Shown one piece after another: positions 29,415 through 43,884 of a DNA stretch of 64,000 nucleotides. The DNA comes from Dictyostelium discoideum (Eukaryota): contig CM000153.2 in NCBI GenBank assembly GCA_000004695.1, positions 128,001 to 192,000 of the forward strand, in the 5' to 3' direction. Positions within the stretch are counted from its first letter, which is position 1. Each line of letters opens with the position of its first letter. The notes beneath the pieces were generated by a model, which was not told where the DNA came from, made no database searches, and worked only from the letters and a program-made list of their open reading frames with translations. The translations under genes and the position numbers were made by a program.

Positions 29415-31690
29415 ATGATGATCAATTATTAAACAAATATTCAAATTATTGTTTAGAGAATTATTCACCAACCACTTCAACAATTTTATCAATTTTATTA
29501 ATGATTAATTATAATAATAATAATAGTAATAATGGAAAAGAAATTAAATTAAATTATAAATTATTAAATTTAGATAATTTATTTAAATTTGATATAATGG
29601 TATGGTTATCATTATTTTATTGGTTAATTGTAATGAATAAGGATAAAGAATTATTATCAAATAAAAAGTTTTTAATTCAATTATTTAATTCAATTTCAAG
29701 TTCAAATATTTTCCAAAGAAAATTAACAACTGATGCCAATACTACTACTACTTTTAATTCAATAATTGAACTTTATCAAATAATTATAAATAATTTAGAG
29801 AAATCATCAAGTAGATCATTATTAATATTAAATTCAAAAGTTAATTATTTCTTATTAATGACAACAACAACAACAACAACATCAACAACATCATTAGATA
29901 AAACAAATGAAAATTATGAATATTTAAAAAATGAACAATTATCAAAATCAATCATTACAAATTATTTAAATAATTTAGAATCAAATTTAAATTTAAATAA
30001 CAAAATTTTATTAAATTTAAATTTAAATTGGTTTAACAATTTTAAAAAGTTATTTAATTTTTCAAGTTTTGATAAAATCATTAAATTAATATTTTCAAAT
30101 AGTAATTTCAATTCAAATGATTCTTTAAAATTAATTGAAAATTTAATTTTTAATTGTAATAGTAAATCTTTATTTAAATATCAATATTATATTGATTTAA
30201 TTTTTAAAGAGATTATAAATAATGATGAAATTTTAAATTTAATTAAATCAACACCAGTTTTAACTGATTTAATTATTGAAAATTTATATAATAATATCAA
30301 TAATATTAATAATAATAATAATAATAATAGTGAAAATATAATTAGATATCGTATACTTAATTTATTATTATCAATTTATAAGAGTGAACCAAATTTATGT
30401 CATTCTGGTAAAAATTTATCATCAATTTATTTTAGTATCTATAATGCAACAACTCATCCAATTGATCAAATTTTATTAAAAATCATTTATCAACATGATA
30501 GTAATAATCATTCTATCCTTGCTGAATCAAATTATCTTTGGGGAAAACATTCAAAAGAAACTTCAAGTATTAATCAATTATTACTTTCAAATACTTTCTT
30601 TTCTGGTATTCAATTTGAAAATTCAATTAATAATTATCCATTTGAAGTTAATACTTTAATTAATATAGAAGAAGAAGAAGAAGAAAAAGAAGATAATGAA
30701 GATAATAATAATAATAATAATAATAATTTAAATATTAATGAAAATTTAATTTCAAAATCATATAATGAATTTTCGTATGATCCATCATTTTTATTAAGAT
30801 TATTTATTTCATTATTGGATAGTTATATTTCAGAATATTCATTGTTAGATGATCAACAAGAAGATTTAAGAAGAGAGAATACTGATAACCTTTTGAAAAC
30901 AATTTGTTGTTTCTTTTATAATGGTCCATTTTCTTTTACTGTACGTTCAACAAGTTCAAAGCGATTATCAATTCGTCAATTGGCTTATTCAATATTTTCA
31001 AAGAATCAAACATTAATAAATATTTATAATAAGCAACTTGAAGCAACTCAAATTTCAAATATTGAAATATTTGGTATTGATGAAAAACAAAAGAAATCAA
31101 ACAACACAAACACAAAGAATAATAGTAAATATTCATTAAGTTCAAATAAATTCAATGAAAATATAATGTTTAAGATGATTCAAGTTTTAAAATCAACAAT
31201 TTTTGAAAAGGATCAATATATTCCATCGATTTTCACTCAATTCTATTGTAGTTCAATTAAAACTGTATCTTCTAAATCTGATTTAAATAGAAAAGCAATC
31301 ACTTCATACTTAAAGGGTATTGCTAGTTTTGATCTATTAGTAATTCCAATGTTTTCTGGTGTTTTTAATTTCACTGCTACAAAAAGCACAATTGTTTGGT
31401 TATTAGATTTATTAACTCAATCATTACCAGATGAACATACTGAACTATTATTAAAAAAGAATAATTACGTTCAATCTTTGTTAGCTCTATTCGATTCTTT
31501 CATTAGTTCAAGTAAAATTAAACTCTCAATACTAAATTGTTTATTAAAATTATCAACAACTTCAACTGGTATACAATTATTAATTAAACAAGGTATTTTA
31601 CCATGGTTATCAATTTTAGTTTCAAATTCAAGTTGTTTAAAATCTTATTTTGATTTAATTTTTAAATTATTTAATAATATTTTAATAACA

Positions 31691-31726
<36 letters not shown>

Positions 31727-32521
31727 TTAATATCAAATAATTTAGAAATTTCACAAATTTCAATTATTTTAAATAATTTATTAAAATTATTTTTAAATAT
31801 TAATTGGGATATTGAATTTAAATCAATGATTAATGATTATTTATTTTCATTAAAATCAATAATTAATTTAAATTCAACATTTATTAGATTATCAAATTCA
31901 GATTTAGTTTTATTAATTAAAAAATATCAACAACAACAACAACAAGAACAAGAAAGTGGTGATAATAAATTATTAGAATCAATTTTATCAATTGTATCAT
32001 GTTCAAAATTATCATTAATATCAAATGATTCAAATTTAGATGACAATTTCATTTTCAATTGGATTTGGAATCAATTAAATAACAATCAATTTAATAATGA
32101 TTCAAATATTATTGAACCAATCTTAAAATGGATACAAGATTCATTATTAACTTCAAAGAAACAATTCATTAATTGTTTATCAAAGAATCTCTCATTAAAT
32201 GGTGCTGCTGGTGAAGTCAAATTATTCAATCAATTATTAATTAAAGTTTGTCAAATAGATATTAAACTTTTAAATCATCAAGATTACCATCTCGAGACGA
32301 TTCAATTATTGCAATGTAAGAGATTAATTTGTAATATTATGATCTTATTAGCTCCACAACCACAAATAATGAATATCATTCAAAAGAAATATGATCAACA
32401 TCATTTCTATCAATTGTTGAGTGAAATTCAATCACCAAATAATCAAAAAATTGAAGATTTGAAATTATACAAAAACCATGTCAATAATGTTATCCAATAT
32501 TTAAAAGATTTATTTTTTTAA
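25608..32521 (+). CDS. Very large helical protein of about 2,180 aa with unknown function; no domain could be assigned from sequence. Exons are join(25608..25922,25997..26179,26280..26500,26587..28634,28740..32521). The frame is open back to an AG at 25313, so the true 5' end may be further upstream.
   Basis: Five track ORFs (25608.., 26012.., 26738.., 29129.. and the unlisted 26280 exon) are connected in frame by GT...AG introns. The donors are GTAAGT, GTAATT, GTATGT and GTAAGT. The acceptors follow polypyrimidine tracts. The splice phases are 0, 0, 2 and 1, and they match across each junction. The protein is leucine- and asparagine-rich and shows repetitive helical LLxxL patterning of the ARM/HEAT solenoid kind. 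Its size class matches URB1, INTS1 or NUP205, but I cannot discriminate between them. Confidence 0.6.
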
Positions 32522-32758
32522 ATAAATAAATAATTAAATAATTAAATAAATAATTAAATAAATAAAATTAAATAAACGTAACCTTAATTTTCTTTTTGAA
32601 AAAAAAATATATAAATATATGTATCCCATTAACTCTAAATTTATACTTATATAAATGTTACAACTCTATTTTAATGGTTGTTTGTTTTTTTTTTTATTAT
32701 TTACAATTATTATTTATTTTTTTAGGCTTTATAATATATGAAAACTTTTTTTTTTTTT

Positions 32759-33341
32759 TTAACCCCACGCCATTTGAAGGGAATAATTGATAATTAATTG
32801 ATCATTATGACTAAAACATTTATATAATTCACCTAAAATTTCATCTGGGCTTGGTTGAAAAACTTGATTTATAAATAAAAACTAAAAAAGATTATATATA
32901 TACGAATGAATTAGTATATGTATACATATTATATATATATACTAATAACCTGAATATTATATCATTTGGGGGTGTGATTTACTTACTAATGATTCATTTG
33001 ATTTTAATTTTAATTGCCCTCTTAATTTATCTATAACATTTTGAAATGAAACATTTGCCTGTATTTTAAATTTCTTTTGTTTTAATGGTTGTGCACCACC
33101 TGCATTCTTAAAATATACTATAACTGTTGTCAAAGAAAAATAAAAAAAAAATAATAAAAAATAAAAAAAAAAAAGAATTAGCACCAGCATTTCAATTATG
33201 CTAACTATTTTTTTAATGAATCTTACTTTTACTTTCGGATGTAATTTTAACTGGTAATTGAGGTTGCTGCTCTGTTGTTGATTCTGTATTTTGTTCTGTA
33301 GGTGATGCTACTTCATTATTATTTTTTTCTTCTTCCTCCAT
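32759..33341 (-). CDS. atg12: Ubiquitin-like autophagy protein Atg12 (124 aa). Exons are join(32759..32881,32987..33123,33227..33341).
   Basis: The spliced product is MEEEEKNNNEVASPTEQNTESTTEQQPQLPVKITSESK|IIVYFKNAGGAQPLKQKKFKIQANVSFQNVIDKLRGQLKLKSNESL|FLFINQVFQPSPDEILGELYKCFSHNDQLIINYSLQMAWG*. The ubiquitin fold and the C-terminal ...AWG glycine that is conjugated to Atg5 are both characteristic of Atg12. The donors are GTAAGA and GTAAGT. The acceptors are AACAG and TTTAG, with phases 1 and 0. Confidence 0.85.
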
Positions 33342-33930
33342 TCTCTATAAATGTATGTATTTGTTATAGTATGTATGTATTTATTCAATATGATTTTTTT
33401 TTTATGAAAAAATAAAAAAAAAAAATTTAATCTCACAAAAACAAAAAAAAAAAAATAAAAAAATAAAAAAAAAAAAATAAAAAAAAAAAAAAAATAAAAA
33501 TTAAAAAATCAAAAATGGACTGAATATTTAAGAATGAGTTTATAAATATCTTTTTTTTAATTCCTTACTTGAAATAATAGAAAATATTCAATTTTAATGT
33601 TTTTGAGTGATCACTTTTTTAAAATTAAAAAAAAAAAAAAAAGATTTCTATGGTTTTCCAATTAAATTGTAAATTTTTTTATTTACATAAATTCTTTTTT
33701 TTTCTTTTTTTTCTTTTTTTTTTATTGGATAAATAAAGATTTTGTTTTTTTTTTTTTTTTATAATAAATTAAATATTTCTCTAAAGCTTGAACCACTTCT
33801 TGCAGTGCTCCACGCAGCGGTAACATATAAAAGTGAGGCGAATATATTAAAATAATTTGTCCAAGGTAAATATTGAGGGAAGAAAGCTAAATATAGTGAA
33901 TAGATTGTACAAAAAAATAATCCTGTCTGA

Positions 33931-34092
<162 letters not shown>

Positions 34093-34155
34093 TATAAAAG
34101 TGTAAAAAAAAAAAAAGTTAGAAATTATAATAATTAACTTTTTAATGATAATAAA

Positions 34156-34848
34156 TTATGAACATACTTGTCTTTTCCAAGCGGTATTTCTTGATAATAA
34201 GAAAGAAGAGATGAAAAAGATCCAACTCTTTCTAGCAGCATTTGAAATTGCTTCTAATAATAATAATGAAATATGATTTCTAGATTCTTTTTGACCTAAA
34301 GAGGGTACGACGACATGAAGTAATCTTGATTTCTTTTGTTTTCCAATATACATAAGTATTCTACTGATACTAACCCAAATTCCCAATAAAAAGTTTGAAG
34401 TGATTAACACTCTTCTTGCATATTTCAAACCCCAAGCATTTCTACCCTCTGATCTTTGTTCTTCCTCTAATTCTCTTACTTTTTTCTTTAATGAATCAAC
34501 TTCATTCAATATGAAATTAATTTGATTTATAAAGTCTTCTTTTTGTTGTTGTGATATATTATTATTAATATTATTATTATTATTATTATTAATAGAATTA
34601 TTATTATTGTTGTTGTTGCTATTATTGTTATTGTTATTGTTATTATTACTATTAGTAGTGGTAGCAGCAGTGGTAGAAGTAGCTGTAGCATTAGTAGTAG
34701 TAGTAATAGCATTGTTAGTGTTGCTAGTATTGTTATTATTATTATTATTATTATTACTATTTGGAGAATATGGATTACCATATAATGAAGCTAAATTGTT
34801 TGGGTATTGAGTTGGTGTTTGAGGTGATAAATTTGGTGATCCAATATT

Positions 34849-34923
<75 letters not shown>

Positions 34924-35147
34924 TGGTTGTTGTTGATATTGTTGTTGTAAATAAAATTGAAATATTCTGTTTGGTATTTTATTGCTACTATTACCATTAT
35001 TATTATTATTATTATTGTTATTATTTTGTACAGTTGAGGTTGTAGTAGATGACATGTTTGGTGAATTCATTAAATTTAAAAATGGTGTACTTTTACTTCT
35101 TTTTATTGTTTCTGAGTTATTATTATTAAAATTACTATTACTATTAA

Positions 35148-35240
<93 letters not shown>

Positions 35241-35598
35241 TATTATTGTTATTATTATTATTATTATTATCATGAGAATTATTATTATTATTAAAATTTA
35301 AAAAAGAGCCAAATGAATCATCTCCTTTCTTATATCCAATACTATTATTATTATTATTATTAATATTATTATTATTATTATTATTTATATTAAAATTATT
35401 TGAAAAAGATGAATTATTTAATACAGTTGGGGGTGTTGGTGATCTACTGTAATCATTATATTCAGTAAGGGGAAGAAGTTCATTACTATCATTATTATTA
35501 TTATTATTATTATTACTATTATTTATATTGATACTACTACTATTATTAAAATTACCCCCTCCTGTTATTGTGTTGTTGCTGCTATTATTGTCAAACAT
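34156..35598 (-). CDS. Membrane protein with an Asn-rich N-terminus, a coiled coil and two or three predicted transmembrane segments (TMCC-like topology). A possible additional 3' exon at 33722..33886 is reported under findings.
   Basis: The ORF starts MFDNNSSNNTITGGGNF..., has about 250 aa of poly-Asn low complexity, then the coiled-coil segment FINQINFILNEVDSLKKKVRELEEEQRSEGRNAWGLKYARR. Hydrophobic segments follow: VLITSNFLLGIWVSISRILMYI and ISLLLLEAISNAARKSWIFFISSFLL. A GTATGT donor sits directly after ...AWKRQ at 34167/34166, before the annotated stop. Confidence 0.55.
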
Positions 35599-36285
35599 GT
35601 AAATATTTAATGTGGTGGGTTGGTGGTGGGTGTCGTTTTGAAATTAGAGAAAAATAAAAATAAAAATAAAAAAATTAAAAAAAAATTAAAAATTTGAAAA
35701 AAAAAAAATTAAATTATATAATTTCTTGTTTGGTAAATGACAAAATGGGAATATTTGTTGATTTTTGGCAGTGGTGGTGTGATGACAGAAAAAAATAAAA
35801 AATTAAAAAAAAAAAAAAATAAAAAATTAAAAAATAAAATTTTTTGATAATAAAAAAAATAAAAAAAAAAAAAAAAAAAATTATTACTGGTTATTGGATT
35901 TTTGCATTTTCCCAATTGTGGCGCCTTTACAAATTTAAGGAAATATTTTTTTTATTTTAATTATCTGTTTTTTAAAAATTCATCATCATCATAATCAAAT
36001 TATAACATAATAATATAATAATAACAAATATAATAAAATATAAAAAAAAAAAAAAAAAAATTAAAAATAATTTATTCGTTCATTGCTTTTTTTTTTATAT
36101 TTTACTTTTTTTTATAATTTTTTCAATTTTTTTAATTTTTTTAAGAAAATGGGAAATTTATTTTCTTGTCAACATCCAGTCAGTAGTTTGTCATTAATTT
36201 CAAATAAAAAAAAGTTTTAGTATAAAAAGAAAAAAAAAAAAAAAAAAAATTAAAAAAAACTTTAAAAATTTAATAATAATAAAAC

Positions 36286-38961
<2,676 letters not shown>

Positions 38962-39135
38962 AATATGAAAATAATAAAAACAAAGCAAAAAAAAAACAAA
39001 AAAAAAGAATTTGTTTTATTAAAAAATTTAATTTCCATGGACCAACCTTTGTTAATTGTCCTTTTGTTGGTGATTATTCTTTTAATTTATTAACTCTTTA
39101 TTATTATTATTATTTACAATTTTATATTTATAGGT

Positions 39136-39543
39136 TTATTGAGTGTTCTCACGATCAACTTTAAAAGGTTGTTCTAATGTTGATAAAACTTGATTATAAT
39201 TATTTATGTCAATATCTTGTTGATGTTCAATATCAATTTTTGATTTTTCATTATTTAATGTTTCTTTTGATACTCTAATTGGTAAATTTGATGCAGTTTT
39301 AAAACCTGTGCTTTCTTTATTATCGAATTTATTTACTTTAAAGTTGTTGTTGTTGTTATTGTAATTTGATTGTATTGGTTCTGTATCAATGTTTTCATTA
39401 TCATTTCTACCTCTTTTAGTTGGTGGTGTTTTTTCAACTGATGATATTATTCCTTTAGCTTTCTCAATTGATTCTTCTGTAACTGTAATTGGTTCACCTT
39501 TACCACTTGTAAAATTTGTATTTTGGTTGTGACTTTCGCTCAT
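39136..39543 (-). CDS. Hypothetical small hydrophilic protein of 135 aa.
   Basis: The ORF is squeezed between two convergent or tandem genes, and its GC content is higher than the flanks. I recognised no motif. Confidence 0.35.
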   Translation of the reverse strand: MSESHNQNTNFTSGKGEPITVTEESIEKAKGIISSVEKTPPTKRGRNDNENIDTEPIQSNYNNNNNNFKVNKFDNKESTGFKTASNLPIRVSKETLNNEKSKIDIEHQQDIDINNYNQVLSTLEQPFKVDRENTQ

Positions 39544-39773
39544 TTTTTGAAATTAATAACATATGTATTATTTTTTTTTGATTTTTTTTTTGATTTTTTT
39601 GATTTTTTTTTTTTTTTTTTTTTAAGCAATTACAAGAAAATGATTAAATTTTTGGAAAAAAAAAATAAATAAATCAAAAACGCTGTTGGATTTAATCACA
39701 AAAAATATTTTAAAAAGTTATTATTTAATTTTTATTTTTTTTATTTGTTTTTATTTTTTTTTTATTTATAATT

Positions 39774-41139
39774 TTATAAAATTAAAATAACAGAAATTAA
39801 AGAAGATAAAATCAAAACAAAGAATGGAGCGAGATAAGATGAAGTACCTGGTTGTGAAGTTTCGGTTGGAGTTGGAGTTGTTGATGGAGTTGGTGATGGT
39901 TCAATTGTTGATTCACCAGTGTAAGTACCATTTGAACAGATAACTTCGTATTTCCAATTAGATGGAACTTGATTTAAAGTTGTAGCAGCTTTTGGAATTA
40001 AAGCAACAACACCTTGAGCAACACGATCACCACCAACATAAGTGTTACCATCATCTCTAGCGGCATGAACAGCGAAACCTCTGCCAACTAAACCAGAGAA
40101 TGAAAAGTAACTAGTTGAGAGATAATAATAGGCATTTTTGAAATCGTTATCAAAGATGCAAAGATTACCTAAATCACCGAAATGTCTTGATGTATTCTCT
40201 GGGAAAGCATGGACTTGTGCGCCTGATAACCAGTGACCACCAATTGAAGCACCATCAACAGTGGTTAAATCACCAAATGCATGAATATGGAAACCATGTA
40301 CACTTTTAGCAACACCACTTACAATACCATTTACTGAAACTGAATTTGATGAAGATCTAAACAAGACGGAACCTCCAATAGCGGCAGATGGAGATTTGGT
40401 GGTATTTGCCAACAAAACCATTGCGTCATATTGAGTATTTGATAAGCTTGAGTAGGCACCAGCAGTATTTGCATTGCCAGTGGTTGTATTAACACCATTG
40501 GTGGCTGGCACATTTGCTGAATTACCAATACCAATAATACATGATGCAACAACGGTTGTCAATGGACCAACTGATGTTCCAACTGATGATTTCAATAAAT
40601 CACATGAATATGACTCTTGGAAAATTGCAATCGATCTTCCAATGATCGAATTTGGTGAGTCAACAATTGATACTGATGTCAAACTATCGAAATTGCTGCT
40701 AATTCTATTATCATTAACATAGAGATTATATAAATCACCTGCTCTGGAACCTCCTGATTGACATTGCTCTGTACCTTTTCCATCAACTTGGAAAACACCA
40801 CCTAAATCAGTATTATTTGATGGATTATAACCATATGTCATAATTGCAGTTGCATATGAACCAGTTGGTAAATTAATTGAACTTATATTATAAACTAAAT
40901 TAAGGGCACCCTTTTTAATAATAATAATAATATTAATAATTAATAAATTTACTTTTTTTTTTTTTTTTTTTATAAATTAAATATTTACTTACATCTTGTG
41001 CAGTTAATGTAACATAACCTGTAATATTTTGATTTACAGTACCAACAGAACCAAATTTACAATAACCATATTGGTAATCTGCTGAAATGATAGAGATTGC
41101 TGATAAAACAATTAATAAAGAGATAATTAATTTATTCAT
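39774..41139 (-). CDS. Extracellular, probably GPI-anchored Cu/Zn superoxide dismutase (SodC-like). Exons are join(39774..40910,40993..41139).
   Basis: Exon 1 is a signal peptide, MNKLIISLLIVLSAISIISA. Exon 2 contains a Cu/Zn-SOD domain with all metal ligands positioned: GFHIHAFGD, GGHWL, HAFPENTSRHFGDLGN, GRGFAVHAARDD, VAQGVVAL. It is followed by a Ser/Thr/Pro-rich stalk (SPTPSTTPTPTETSQPGTSS) and a hydrophobic C-terminus (YLAPFFVLILSSLISVILIL), typical of a GPI attachment signal. The intron is GTAAGT...AAAAAG, phase 0. Confidence 0.78.
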
Positions 41140-41489
41140 TTTTTTTTTGTTTTTTTAAAAAATTAGATTCTAAAAATAAAAATAAAAATAAAAAAAAAAA
41201 AAAAAAAAAAAGGTATCCACATTTTTGATTTTTATAAAATCATTAAAAAAATTAAAAAAAATAAATTAAAAAAAAAAAAAAAAATAGAAGTTACAAAAAA
41301 AAAAAAAATATCTTTTCCAGTTTTTTTAAACATTTTTTTCAATTTTTTTTTTTTTCAAAATGTAAAAACCATGATTATTTGAAAAAAAAAAAAAAATTTT
41401 AAAAAAATTAAAGAAATCGACGGATCTTTTGAAAAATCAAAATGTTTTTTTATGATTAATTTTCATATATTCATTGAAATTAATTAATA

Positions 41490-41526
<37 letters not shown>

Positions 41527-41532
41527 CAATAA

Positions 41533-41566
<34 letters not shown>

Positions 41567-42064
41567 TTAATTTTATAAAAAATCTCGGTAGGAAATTAGC
41601 TTTTTTTGGATTAGCTCAGGAAAAAATGATTTATTATTATAAAAATAATAGAAAAAAAAATAAATAATAAAAAAGAATAATTGATAATTTTATTATTTTT
41701 ATAATAAAGATTTTATTCCTTGAAAATTTATTAAAAAAAAAAAAAAAAAAAGGAAAAAAAGGAAAAAATTATTTTCAGTTACAGTTACTTGTTTCATTAT
41801 GGCTAATAATTTTTTTATTTTTTTTTTTTTATTTAAATTTATTAAATTCTTATTAGAATTATTTAGTAATTCTTTAAAATATGAATTTTATTGTTTTCTT
41901 TTTTTGGATACACATTTTTATTTGTTTTTTTATTTTTTTTTTTTTTCATTTATAAAAATGTTTATTAATACATGATAGTGGAAAAAGATTTGGTTTGATC
42001 TTTTTTTTTTTTTTTTTATTTCATTTTTCTATATTTTATAGATGTTTTTTTTTTTTTTTTTTTT

Positions 42065-42742
42065 TTAACTTTGTTGACCCTTATAACCAAATTTAAGTCT
42101 ATTTTCATAAAATTCAATTAATTGTAATGGTTCTTTATGTTTAAGGATTTCATTTAATACCCAAGATAATTTTTCTTGACCTCTCCATTTAACAAAGAAA
42201 AATAGTGTATTATCTTGACCAAAGGGTTTACAACCTATAATCTCCTCAACACAATGACCATTTTCAAAACCAATACCTTCAATATAGGGTACACCAAATT
42301 TTATATATTCATTTTTTATATATTCTTCATCATCAATTAAATGATTTGTTTTTTGCTGTGTTGATGTATTTGTTGTTGTTGATGTTGCTGCTTTTGTTGT
42401 TTTTGTTGATGATGATGATGATGAAGGTTTGGTGGTTGGTGGTGGTGATGATGATTCTACTGCAGTTTGATCATCATTAACTATAACATTTTTTCTTTTT
42501 CTACTTTTTTTTTTTTCTTGTTCTCTTGAACTTTCAAATTCTTTAACAAGTTCTGGACAACCTGCAACATTATCTTCATCTTCCCATGTATCATAATCTG
42601 CTGTGAATCCTTTCCATCTTATACTATATTGAATCCTTCCATGCTGAACCCTTTTATCTAAAATTTTTTCAACTTCAAAAACATCTCCTGCTTCCTCTGG
42701 TTCTTCTGGTTCTTCTATTATTCTCTTATCTCTTTTTCCCAT
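42065..42742 (-). CDS. Heterochromatin protein 1 (HP1) homologue with a chromodomain and chromo-shadow domain. It is one of the Dictyostelium hcpA/hcpB-type genes.
   Basis: N-terminal chromodomain: FEVEKILDKRVQHGRIQYSIRWKGFTADYDTWEDEDNV. There is an acidic, Ser-rich hinge. C-terminal chromo-shadow domain: IIGCKPFGQDNTLFFFVKWRGQEKLSWVLNEILKHKEPLQLIEFYENRL. Confidence 0.85.
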   Translation of the reverse strand: MGKRDKRIIEEPEEPEEAGDVFEVEKILDKRVQHGRIQYSIRWKGFTADYDTWEDEDNVAGCPELVKEFESSREQEKKKSRKRKNVIVNDDQTAVESSSPPPTTKPSSSSSSTKTTKAATSTTTNTSTQQKTNHLIDDEEYIKNEYIKFGVPYIEGIGFENGHCVEEIIGCKPFGQDNTLFFFVKWRGQEKLSWVLNEILKHKEPLQLIEFYENRLKFGYKGQQS

Positions 42743-43341
42743 TTTTTTACAATTTTATCCGTTATTTGAAATAATTAAAAAAATAAAAAAAAAAATAAAA
42801 AAATGAATTCAAAATTTCAAAAAAAAAAAATAAAAAAAATTAAAAAAAATAAATTTTTTTTTATATTGGCTATGAAGATGAAAAAATTAAAAAAAAAAAA
42901 AAAAAAAGAAAATAAAATTAAAATTAAATGTGTGTTTGTACAAACTCTCAAAGAGTTATATATATATAAAGGAATTCTAAAAATGTTTGAAAAAATAAAA
43001 AATTAAAACTGTAAAAAATTTATGCCTATTTTTATTTTCAAACCCAAAAACACAATTCCCGCTTTTTTTTTTTTTTTTTTTTTTTTCAAAAATAAAAATA
43101 TTATGACAACATTTCTTAAAATGGCAGAATGCAACTTTTCAACCAATTTATGTTATTAGAGTTTTAGACAATTTATCTCCAAAATTGCTTTTTTATTTTT
43201 TATTTTATTTATTTTTTTTTGGGTTAAGTTATTAAATTTTTTTTTTTTTTTGCAGGTTTATGACATATCACCAATAGAGTCAATTTCTTTATTTTGTTTA
43301 TTTTTTATTTTTTATTATATTTAAAACTCTAGATCTTATAG

Positions 43342-43373
<32 letters not shown>

Positions 43374-43884
43374 ATTCTTTTTAAAATTAAATTTCATAAA
43401 TAAACTTTCACAATGTCCAAAATAAAAAATATACATCGGGAATGAATATGGATATTAAAATTATTTTTTATTATTTTGTTTATATTTTTTAATTGTTTTT
43501 TTTCAGTAAGCACATAAATATTATTTAAGTTCAAATGAAATTGATTTTACAAATAATATGGATGGTTTAACATGTTTGGCGAATTCATTTATTAGTGAAA
43601 CATCAGGAGTATTAAATTTTCAATTAGGTTCATCATTATATAATTATGAAGTTAAAATTGAAGAAATTGAATTTTTTATTTCTCCATCACCATCTCCATC
43701 TCCATCCTCAACCCCATCCTCAACCCCTTCATTAACCCCATCGTTACCTCCAACTTTACCTCCAACTTTACCTCCAACATTACCTCCAACACAACCTCCA
43801 TCATTACCTCCATCTTCCTCATCTTCCTCATCACCCTCATCACCCTCATCACCCTCATCATTATCAAAAAGTGATAGAAATAAA

